A stretch of 64,000 bases of DNA, taken from Candidatus Poribacteria bacterium. GTDB lineage: Bacteria > Poribacteria > WGA-4E > WGA-3G. Below, piece after piece: positions 11,550 to 19,284 of the stretch. Where the stretch lies: positions 2,848,001-2,912,000 of the forward strand of contig CBDANF010000003.1 in the NCBI GenBank assembly GCA_965197475.1. Reading direction: 5' to 3'. The notes beneath the pieces are model-generated. The model did no database searches and had not been told where the DNA came from. It saw nothing but the letters and a program-made list of their open reading frames with translations. Numbering within the stretch: position 1 is the first letter of the stretch; the number at the start of each line of letters is the position of its first letter. Made by a program: the position numbers and the translations under genes.

Positions 11550-12063
11550 CTAATACCCGTATGGAGAATCAGCAGCTGAAATTAAAATTATCCAAAGTCC
11601 CACCATAGTGCCAGTTCCAATAACACATCCTATTGTAGCATGTGTTATTTGGTCGTTTTTCACAAGTTTTTGATAAATGCTTGTGTAATAAGCAACCTGA
11701 TATTTCTCAAAAGCACTCAGAAATCAGTATCTATCTATGGTCTCTCAATACGCGGTTATGAAAATGCTAAAAAATACTAATTGATAAACCTCCATTATGT
11801 GAAAAAAGCACTTTATTTTCAATACAAAATAGAATAAATTGTCCATTAAATGGGTTTTTTATTGGTGTGACAACATACGCAATTAACATACCGGTAACAC
11901 CAAGTAGACAACCAACAGTTCCCCATATTTGAGTGTTTGCAAGTGTTGCATCACGTCGTGCATCAAATATTGCTTGCGCAGCATCACTTGTTTGTTGTGC
12001 AAGTGTGAGATATGGCGTAGTGAATAACATCACAACCATTATAAACGACAAAGTTTTCATCAA
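11550..12063 (-). pseudogene. Exported membrane protein interrupted by an IS-end remnant
   Basis: N-part ...GMLIAYVVTP ends ~11863; C-part VAYYTSIYQK...GCVIG...SPYGY* resumes at 11696; the insert begins with CTGATATTTCTCAAAA, the same IR type as 4574-7177. Confidence 0.6.
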
Positions 12064-12130
12064 TGTTCCTTTTGTGAGGTAAAATGTGTATGTAGGGGAT
12101 CAAAAGACCCCCTACATGTTTGCAAGCGGA

Positions 12131-12262
12131 TTATTTACACCGCTTGTGAGGTTTGACAGTTTCTTTCACCGTTGTGGCGGGACGGCGTTTGTCCGTGCCT
12201 TTGGGAAGGAACCGTCCGTCTTTGGCATCGCGTACACGCGTGCCAGTGGCTTTTTTAGCCAT
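12131..12262 (-). CDS. Small basic protein (43 aa, RDAKDGRF motif)
   Basis: MAKKATGTRVRDAKDGRFLP...RRPATTVKETV; RBS gaggt; downstream hairpin tgtaggggat...ccccctaca. Confidence 0.6.
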   Translation of the reverse strand: MAKKATGTRVRDAKDGRFLPKGTDKRRPATTVKETVKPHKRCK

Positions 12263-12850
12263 AGTATACCTCACTTTGCTTGAGATAAATTGGTGCATAG
12301 CGTATTTCCAGTGCGTTATGCACTGTTCAAGCATATAAAATTGATACGTTAAACGGGTATCGTTCGTAGGTTCGTTTACACCTTTCTATGGGTGAGGGCA
12401 GGACACAACACAAGGAGTGTTGCGATAGAAATCCTGCCCAACGAACTTGAGAATAGTATAACATGGAAAGAATTTGAGTGTCAAGTGAAAAATTTGAGAA
12501 AAAATTTCAAGTCCAAAACTACTCATTGCGTATATTTTTATATATGTTATTGTGAACACATGAAAAAGACTAAGCAACGGGTTTTCCCTCATTTTACGAC
12601 AGAAGTTCTTACGCTTCCAACGACAATTCGGAAATCTTTATCTTTGGCATAGGATCGCTTTCTAAGTACTCACTCATCCATCTGCCTATCCGTTCTTCAC
12701 GACTCGTTTTTCGATTGGCATGAATATACTCAAGGTAATGAGTCGATCACTTGAGGCAAAAAATCATCATGAGTAAGGCCTTGGAGCAATGCGTGGAATT
12801 CGCTACGGACATATCAGCAAGTTTTTCACAAGATTCACCGTTCATGTGTT

Positions 12851-13000
12851 TTGACATACTCCCCCAGCTAAAGCAAGGGGGATTCTTCTAAAAGAGAATC
12901 CCTTGCTTTCAGGTGCGGATTGTGGGTTTCCGACTTCGGTTGAAGTCTGCGAGGGTTGCTTGTGATCGCAAGTCTGATACCCTCTAATCCAAAGGTTAAT
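12851..13000 (-). ncRNA. Predicted TnpB omega/reRNA scaffold overlapping the tnpB 3' end (5' boundary uncertain)
   Basis: Hairpins gacttc..gaagtc and agcaagggattct..agaatcccccttgct running to the TCAA right end; family knowledge. Confidence 0.6.
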
Positions 13001-14073
13001 GCCCCAACCTTTACTATGTTTATAGCAGCATTCACGTCTCTGTGGTGATTAGTTGGACAACGATTACAAGTCCATTGACGTATAGACAAGTCCATTAGCA
13101 TTTGCTGTTGTCCGCAGGTGCTACAGTTTTTAGAAGTCGCTTCAAACCTATCAATATGATAGATTTCTTTACCATGTTTTGTGGCTTGGTGTTTCAACTT
13201 CAGGTGGAATGCATAGGGCGCAATATCAGAGACTTTACGCCCCCATAGACGCTTCATGCCTTCAAAGGTAAGCGTTTCAAAGCAGAGTGCGTCATATTTA
13301 TGGACAAACTGCTTGGCAAGTTTCCAATGGTGGTCGTCTCGTTTACGCCTGATTTTACGGTGAACACGTGCAGCGTCTTTTCGTGAACGCTCACGATTAT
13401 TGCTACCTTTAACTTTGCGTGAATGTTTGCGTTGTGCTTTCGTCAGTGCTGCCATAGAAGTTTTATAGAATTCAGGGGATGCGTAGAGTGTGCCGTCAGA
13501 ACAGGTGAACATTGTCTTCATACCGAAGTCAAACCCTGCAGCATGACCCGTCTTAGGTAGGACTTCGGAAACAGTGGGGTCTGACACGACAGACATATAG
13601 AAATCACCGAGACTATCTTCCTTTATCGTGATCGTTTTGATATTACCGAGTATAGGACGGCTAAGATTAAAACGATAGTATTTATCCTGTATCCGAACCT
13701 TATCACCATAGAAACCATAACCAGAGGGTGACAGAGTGAACGAATATGGCTTTCGCCATGAACGGAACTTAGGTGGACGCTTGGCAATACCGTCAAAGAA
13801 ACGCTTATGGTTTCCTATATGCAACCTTTTCAGTATCTGCCGGGCTGCCCACGAATCTAACTCACGCCAATGGGCAAACACTTCAGGGTGTGCCGGACGC
13901 AATATAGTGAACTGCCGAGACATTTCGTTATAGGACATATACGGCAGTCCAAGAGCGTAGCGAGCCCGTTGCCAGCCTAAAAAGTAGTTCCATATATCGT
14001 GTGCTATCCACGTTAATCGCTTCAAATTACGATTACGTCTCGCACGAAAAAGTTTGTCCAATGTGCTATACAT
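12868..14073 (-). CDS. tnpB: RNA-guided endonuclease TnpB
   Basis: RuvC triad appears intact (GFDFG, CFETL, RDVNAAINI); CSTC/CNRC Zn finger; PPKFRS. Confidence 0.93.
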   Translation of the reverse strand: MYSTLDKLFRARRNRNLKRLTWIAHDIWNYFLGWQRARYALGLPYMSYNEMSRQFTILRPAHPEVFAHWRELDSWAARQILKRLHIGNHKRFFDGIAKRPPKFRSWRKPYSFTLSPSGYGFYGDKVRIQDKYYRFNLSRPILGNIKTITIKEDSLGDFYMSVVSDPTVSEVLPKTGHAAGFDFGMKTMFTCSDGTLYASPEFYKTSMAALTKAQRKHSRKVKGSNNRERSRKDAARVHRKIRRKRDDHHWKLAKQFVHKYDALCFETLTFEGMKRLWGRKVSDIAPYAFHLKLKHQATKHGKEIYHIDRFEATSKNCSTCGQQQMLMDLSIRQWTCNRCPTNHHRDVNAAINIVKVGALTFGLEGIRLAITSNPRRLQPKSETHNPHLKARDSLLEESPLL

Positions 14074-14082
14074 GGTATATCA

Positions 14083-14167
14083 AGTATCAAGTTTTTAACC
14101 CCTAATGAGTGAGTAGGCAGACACGTAACCTTGCGATTACGCTCATTATGTCTGCCAACTTGATACT
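14083..14167 (-). ncRNA. Structured 5' leader RNA of tnpB (three stems plus possible pseudoknot), copy 1
   Basis: AGUAUCAAGUU/AACUUGAUACU, GGCAGACA/UGUCUGCC, CGUAAUC-GCAA-GGUUACG, UAAUGAG/CUCAUUA. Confidence 0.6.
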
Positions 14168-14170
14168 CTA

Positions 14171-14199
14171 ATTATACTACATTTTAGACCGAAAATCAA
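14171..14199 (-). promoter_or_regulatory. sigma70-type promoter of tnpB
   Basis: TTGATT-17 bp-TATAAT on the minus strand. Confidence 0.7.
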
Positions 14200-14895
14200 A
14201 CCTTTTTCTACAAATGTTTGGTCTAATTAACGAGGGCGAGACTGTATCCCCGCCTTAAAAGGCGAGGTTTTAGTCTCGGAGGTTTTGATAAAAGAGGGAC
14301 AATTTTGGAGGATTCTTTATCGCATATTTCACGCGTGCACAGGCTTGGCAGCGGCACCGCATTTTTCAGAGAGGGGTTTTCGGTAGATAGACAACGTCTA
14401 AAATAGGGACGGAAAGTTTTTTTACATCACGATACCCGATTCCTATTTTCGTTTTCATGTAAAATACAGAAAAAGTTGTCAGATCAAATCACCTAACCGT
14501 ATGGGTTTATCCAATGTGTCAAAATTCACACATAAAACAGTTATACAACGCTATTAGTGAGATTTTGGATACCGAATTCTGCGTGTTTGATAAAATATCA
14601 ATACCAAAAGAAATAATACTCAAAACGCCCAACCATAGTGCTTTCCCGTAATCAAGAAACTTCTGATTTCAATGTAAGCGTTTCGGTGTCAACAGCAGTG
14701 ACTTTCACCAGTTTCAATCTCGTAATCGAGTAACTTCTGATTTCAATATTGAGCAGATTATCAATCCTCCGCCTGAATATGTGAAGTTTCAATCTCGTAA
14801 TCGAGTAACTTCTGATTTCAATATGAACATCATGACGACACAGACACAATCAATTGCTATGATGTTTCAATCTCGTAATCGAGTAACTTCTGATT

Positions 14896-15180
14896 TCAAT
14901 TCATCATGGAGTGGTCGTAAGTATGCTCGGCAGCCTGGATAATCTGATGGATATATGGATAGTCTTCAGCGATTTCGCTATACCAGCCGTCTTTGACATC
15001 TTCGTCTGTCCAGATGTCCTTGAATTCTGCGCCTTCTGCGGGTGAGCCGATGGGGGCTTTGTATTGTTTCTTTGTGTTGAAAGGTGGATCAAGGTATATG
15101 AGATCCACCGTTTCGGAGTTCATGCCACGCATGATGTTAAGGTTGTCGGCGATGAAGAGGGTGCGGTTTTGGAGGTTCAT
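14896..15180 (-). pseudogene. Site-specific DNA methyltransferase N-terminus, truncated at a CRISPR repeat
   Basis: RTLFIADNL...VDLIYLDPPFN (N4/N6 MTase); the stop codon is supplied by the repeat at 14896-14898. Confidence 0.85.
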
Positions 15181-15190
15181 ATCATAAATA

Positions 15191-15457
15191 TTACGACAGT
15201 ATCTTAATATCTAAAAGTTCAAATCCTATACCTTCAGAACTTATATCAACAGTCACTGGTATAGGTTTCATTGAAGGAAGAACATCTTCTATAAGTTTCT
15301 CATTTCTTGTATAAAGCATTAACTGATGTTCCGCATCATTCTTAGGAGGGAAAAAGCGAAAAAAAAGACCGAAAAGAGGACCCGTATTTGTATTATATTG
15401 GTAAACATCAGTTATGGATCCTGTTAATGTACCTCTATTTGGATATATAAAAGACAT
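15191..15457 (-). CDS. Hypothetical protein inside the array insert
   Basis: 88-aa ORF with RBS aaggag. Confidence 0.6.
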   Translation of the reverse strand: MSFIYPNRGTLTGSITDVYQYNTNTGPLFGLFFRFFPPKNDAEHQLMLYTRNEKLIEDVLPSMKPIPVTVDISSEGIGFELLDIKILS

Positions 15458-15521
15458 CTATTTCTCCTTATTGAAGGTTGTCGGCTATGAAGAGGGTGCG
15501 GTTAGGGATTTGTTGGTTCAT

Positions 15522-15983
15522 TTATCGCCATGTTTGAAGTCTTTTATCAAAATTATTAGCTTCTGCTATACACCAAGCAGGTAAGTCGTCTTTAGACCAA
15601 TGAGCGGGGCTTAGTTCGACAGAGTAAACTGGTATACCAGGTGCGACAAAATCATAAATTGCAAAATAAAACTTAGGCACACGTCGTTGTAAAGATGAAG
15701 CAATTGAAACCCATTGGTCTTTTGTGCCATCTTTGAATTTAATACCAAGAACAGTCACAAAAATACGCCATTCCCAATCATCGTTTTTACCAACAATGAC
15801 AACATCGCCTAATGCGCGTAGTTCTCGCTTAAGATGGCTTTCAATTATAATTTGTTCAGTTTTATCTTCTTTTTTTGCATGGACATACACATACACCTTG
15901 AATGTCTTAGGTTCAGGAGCGTAGGCGTTGCCTATGAATACAGCGGAGAGTAGAAGGATTGTGAGTACTAATGATCGTTTCAT
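15522..15983 (-). CDS. Hypothetical exported protein inside the array insert
   Basis: Signal peptide MKRSLVLTILLLSAVFIGNAYA; RBS aaggtga. Confidence 0.7.
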   Translation of the reverse strand: MKRSLVLTILLLSAVFIGNAYAPEPKTFKVYVYVHAKKEDKTEQIIIESHLKRELRALGDVVIVGKNDDWEWRIFVTVLGIKFKDGTKDQWVSIASSLQRRVPKFYFAIYDFVAPGIPVYSVELSPAHWSKDDLPAWCIAEANNFDKRLQTWR

Positions 15984-16060
15984 GGATCACCTTTTATGAA
16001 GAGGGTGCGGTTAGGAATTTGCAGAGGCATAGGAGAAGTTTACATTGTGTGTTATGGTCA

Positions 16061-16444
16061 TTATTTTTCAAAGTTGCTATCTGAGGACACTGGAATACGA
16101 GTACCAATAACACCGTATCCATCATATCCTTCGATCGGTTTTGACTCACCATCCTTTTCAGAACGAAGATCGTATATTTGCTTGCCAGATCTAATTGCAC
16201 TGATTATCTTTTCAAATAAAATCAGACAATCATCTTTACTATGAAAGCCTGCAAAAATATAATAAGTCTCAGAATCATTTGAGAATTTGCCATCATGGAA
16301 TTTTTGAACACCTAAACAGTATGCATCTTTATCGTTAGACTCTTTTACTTTATAAACAACGATTGAGTCATGATTATTTATATTGATAGCAAGAGTATCA
16401 ATAAATTCATTTCTTGTATAAGAATGTTCCAATATTATTAACAT
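16061..16444 (-). CDS. Hypothetical protein inside the array insert
   Basis: 127-aa AT-rich ORF with RBS gaggtga. Confidence 0.65.
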   Translation of the reverse strand: MLIILEHSYTRNEFIDTLAININNHDSIVVYKVKESNDKDAYCLGVQKFHDGKFSNDSETYYIFAGFHSKDDCLILFEKIISAIRSGKQIYDLRSEKDGESKPIEGYDGYGVIGTRIPVSSDSNFEK

Positions 16445-16515
16445 GCTAATTCACCTCTTACAGAATTAAATATATTGCATTAAAGCATTAACAAAATAGT
16501 TAATCCACTTAAATT

Positions 16516-16748
16516 ATGCCAACACCACAAGATGTTATCTGGGAAAGGGATTTAATACCTTACATACATGTCACACTGCTGGGTGAGGACATCACAGCCG
16601 ATTTGCTTTCAGAAAACAATCAAGGTATTGAGGGTATAGAACTGACGCTTGATTATCCGCAACTGAACGTTTTCAAAGCATCGAACATTATCCTTACACT
16701 TGCGAACGATGATGGACGTTTCTCACCTGATAACACCAGCAACTTTTT
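16516..16748 (+). pseudogene. 5' fragment of a possible phage structural/tail-type gene, cut by a CRISPR repeat
   Basis: Protein-like up to ...LTLANDDGRFSPDNTSNF, after which the ORF runs through the repeat and tnpB antisense; phage origin is an inference. Confidence 0.5.
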
Positions 16749-16785
16749 GTTTCAATCTCGTAATCGAGAAACTTTTGATTCCAAC

Positions 16786-17045
16786 TTACGTCTCGCACGA
16801 AAAAGTTTGTCCAATGTGCTATACATGGTATATCAAGTATCAAGTTTTTAACCCCTAATGAGTGGGTAGGCAGACACGTAACCTTGCGATTACGCTCATT
16901 ATGTCTGCCAACTTGATACTCTAATTATACTACATTTTAGACCGAAAATCAAACCTTTTTCTACAAATGTTTGGTCTAATTAACGAGAGCGAGACTGTAT
17001 CCCCGCCTTAAAAGGCGGGGATACAGTCTCGGAGGTTTTGATAAA
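16786..17045 (-). mobile_element. Second, truncated copy of the tnpB element left end (target TTTAT, hairpin, promoter, leader RNA, first 41 nt of tnpB)
   Basis: 260-bp near-identical direct repeat of 14033-14292; abuts the repeat at 16785. Confidence 0.92.
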
Positions 17046-17345
17046 TACAACATATCCTAATACAATCCATCAGTGAGATCAATGTTTTTAGAATATTAAT
17101 GAATATTTACTATTTCTTCAAACAATTGGATAAAAGAGTCGGAACCACGTCACTAATCGGTTGAGAACAATCAGGGATTCTAACCTAACGCATTGGATAA
17201 CGGTTAACACATGCGCGTTTCAGAGATCGCAGTTCCGACCCACCTAAGGAGGCATATTTAGTAATCCGCAATTTCTATGCCAACGGAAAAGGGTGGCATT
17301 CGGTGGAGCGTGCCCTGCTACTTTTAAGGACACACTTCATCTATT

Positions 17346-18251
17346 TTAATTTGAATCCGAAAGTTCTTCTCCAACAATTAGCCGATATGCCTCTCGGTAT
17401 TTCTCGCTCGTTTTAGTAATCACAGTGTCCGGTAACTCAGGTGCTGGCGGTTGCTTGTTCCATCCGATCTCAGAAAGATAATCCCGAACAAACTGCTTGT
17501 CAAAACTTTGTTGTGGCTTTCCGGGTTCATATAAAGCGGCGGGCCAAAACCTTGAGGAATCAGGTGTAAACACTTCATCAATCAAGATCAATTCACCCTC
17601 TCGTTCACCGAATTCAAATTTTGTGTCACATAGGATGATACCTGAGTTTTCGGCATGCCTACTTGCCACCTTGAATAGCGCGAAACTGATATCAATTAGT
17701 CGATCGGTCAGATCAGTACCAACCTGATCACGCATTTGGTCAATAGATATTGGTTCGTCATGCTCACCTTGCTCTGCTTTGGTAGTCGGGGTGAATAGAA
17801 GTTCAGGTAGCCGATCCGACTCGCGTAGTCCCGCGGGTAGTTTTTGTCCGCATATTTCTCCTATTTTCTGATACGAAGCCCACCCCGAACCAGCAAGGTA
17901 ACTCCGCACAACACATTCAATATCAACGCGCTTAGCTTTCTTGACAAGCATTGAACGTCCATTTAAAAGGTCAGCATCAGCATGTAATGTGTCGGGATAC
18001 TCTTCGACTTCTGTTGAAATAAGATGGTTTTCTACGACAGATTTGGTGTAATTGAACCAGAATTTTGACAATCCGGTTAAAACTCTGCCTTTATCTGGAA
18101 TACCGTTCGGCAAGACAACATCAAAGGCAGAAATCCGATCAGTAGACACAATCAGAAATTCATCACCGAGATCGTAGAGATCGCGGACTTTACCACGATG
18201 TGCAGGACTTAAGTTTGTTAATTGTGTAGACGTAATAGTTTTTTGAGGCAT
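17346..18251 (-). CDS. purC: SAICAR synthase
   Basis: GKVRDLY, TDRISAFD, DTKFEFG, DEVFTPDSSRFW, SFDKQFVRD. Confidence 0.96.
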   Translation of the reverse strand: MPQKTITSTQLTNLSPAHRGKVRDLYDLGDEFLIVSTDRISAFDVVLPNGIPDKGRVLTGLSKFWFNYTKSVVENHLISTEVEEYPDTLHADADLLNGRSMLVKKAKRVDIECVVRSYLAGSGWASYQKIGEICGQKLPAGLRESDRLPELLFTPTTKAEQGEHDEPISIDQMRDQVGTDLTDRLIDISFALFKVASRHAENSGIILCDTKFEFGEREGELILIDEVFTPDSSRFWPAALYEPGKPQQSFDKQFVRDYLSEIGWNKQPPAPELPDTVITKTSEKYREAYRLIVGEELSDSN

Positions 18252-18453
18252 ATTTCTCTCCTAAAAAATTTCTTAAGTATCACATTACTCTTTTAGCAGA
18301 TTTTGAAGCACAACTACAGTCTTTACCACGATGTGCAGGACTTAAGTTTGTTAATTGTGTAGACGTAATAGTTTTTTGAGGCATATTTCTCTCCTAAAAA
18401 ATTTCTTAAGTATCACATTACTCTTTTAGCAGATTTTGAAGCACAACTACAGT
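18188..18453. repeat. Perfect 133-bp tandem duplication
   Basis: 18188-18320 equals 18321-18453. Confidence 0.92.
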
Positions 18454-19062
18454 TCTATTTTTCGCATCAATTTTTAGCACTTTCTCAATCTCTTGTTTTG
18501 CATGCTGATTTTTACCGAGATAGTAGTAGCACGCTGCCTTAAGTGCATGAAGTTCTGCTTCAGAGTGATAATCGTGCCGATACAAGTATTGTGCATCAGC
18601 CTGCAATGCGTTATCTATTGCACGGATTGCCGATTCAAAATCGGAATTATCTTTATATCGTAAGTATAGCACATTCGCTAAACCAACCCAAGCGTCCCCG
18701 TTAGATGGATCAAATCGCACAGCATTTTGGAAACCTTCTTGTGCAAGGGAAAGAGAGAGCCCAAGACTTAGATTACTCCAACCGACTCCGTTGTGTGCAT
18801 CACCAAATTCAGGATCAGTGTTGAGGGCGCGTTCAAAACTCAATAAAGCTTGGGTATAATTGCCTGAATAATAAGAACGCCATCCTTGCTGAGTATGATT
18901 TAAAGCGGTTGACGCTCCATTGTCAGAATCACTTGAACAACCAACTTGTATTAAAAGTGAGAATATAAGAAAAAAGATGGACAGAACGATATAAATTTGG
19001 CGCGTCATGTATGCTTTACTAAAGTTTGGACAATTTCTGTCTGTTTCATGTTGTGTTCTCAA
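18418..19062 (-). CDS. TPR lipoprotein
   Basis: Hydrophobic leader plus VGC; TPR pattern (ALNTDPEFGDAHNGVG); true start probably MTRQ. Confidence 0.8.
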   Translation of the reverse strand: MRTQHETDRNCPNFSKAYMTRQIYIVLSIFFLIFSLLIQVGCSSDSDNGASTALNHTQQGWRSYYSGNYTQALLSFERALNTDPEFGDAHNGVGWSNLSLGLSLSLAQEGFQNAVRFDPSNGDAWVGLANVLYLRYKDNSDFESAIRAIDNALQADAQYLYRHDYHSEAELHALKAACYYYLGKNQHAKQEIEKVLKIDAKNRTVVVLQNLLKE

Positions 19063-19284
19063 GTCCTTTCTATTTTTCTACGAGTTTTGTGCAAAGTTGT
19101 AACTCACAGAAAAACTATTATAGGTTCAGCAAAGGCAGCCCCAGCGGGGCGAAATGTTTATCAATAAATCTTATATTGATGTCTGAGGTGTTTCTATTGA
19201 TCTTGACTATCACTCAAGAACTCTAAAAATTGTCCAAAGTATAGTATGCTTTAAAGATCAAAAGTAAACTTGCTAATCTCATGT

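Larger units (their letters stand above)
12851..14287 (-). mobile_element. IS200/IS605-family tnpB-only element
   Basis: Left end TTTAT^CAAAACC with subterminal hairpin 14237-14278; right end GAATCCCCCTTGCTTTAGCTGGGGGAGTATGTCAA at 12851; no tnpA. Confidence 0.88.
14637..16785 (-). CRISPR. Orphan CRISPR array: 5 repeats of 37 bp; spacers of 37, 38, 41 and 1848 bp
   Basis: GTTTCAATCTCGTAATCGAGTAACTTCTGATTTCAAT identical at 14711, 14786 and 14864; degenerate copy 14637-14673; 4-mismatch copy 16749-16785; minus-strand repeat ends ATTGAAAC (class 1 type); degenerate trailer at the low-coordinate end. Confidence 0.92.

Noticed and set aside
13268-13278. GTAAGCGTTTC shared between spacer 1 and tnpB
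   Set aside because: Only 11 nt and it does not extend; compatible with chance.
12868-14073. Calling the nuclease a bona fide Cas12f
   Set aside because: It keeps both IS200/IS605 ends and a right-end RNA region, and no convincing anti-repeat was found (only an 8-nt CGTAATCG match in the leader).
14652-14849. 65-aa ORF with repeated IEIRSYSITRLKL
   Set aside because: It is a translation of the CRISPR repeats.
16749-16851. C-terminal part of ORF 16516-16851
   Set aside because: Read-through across the repeat and the antisense of the tnpB start; not part of the original gene.
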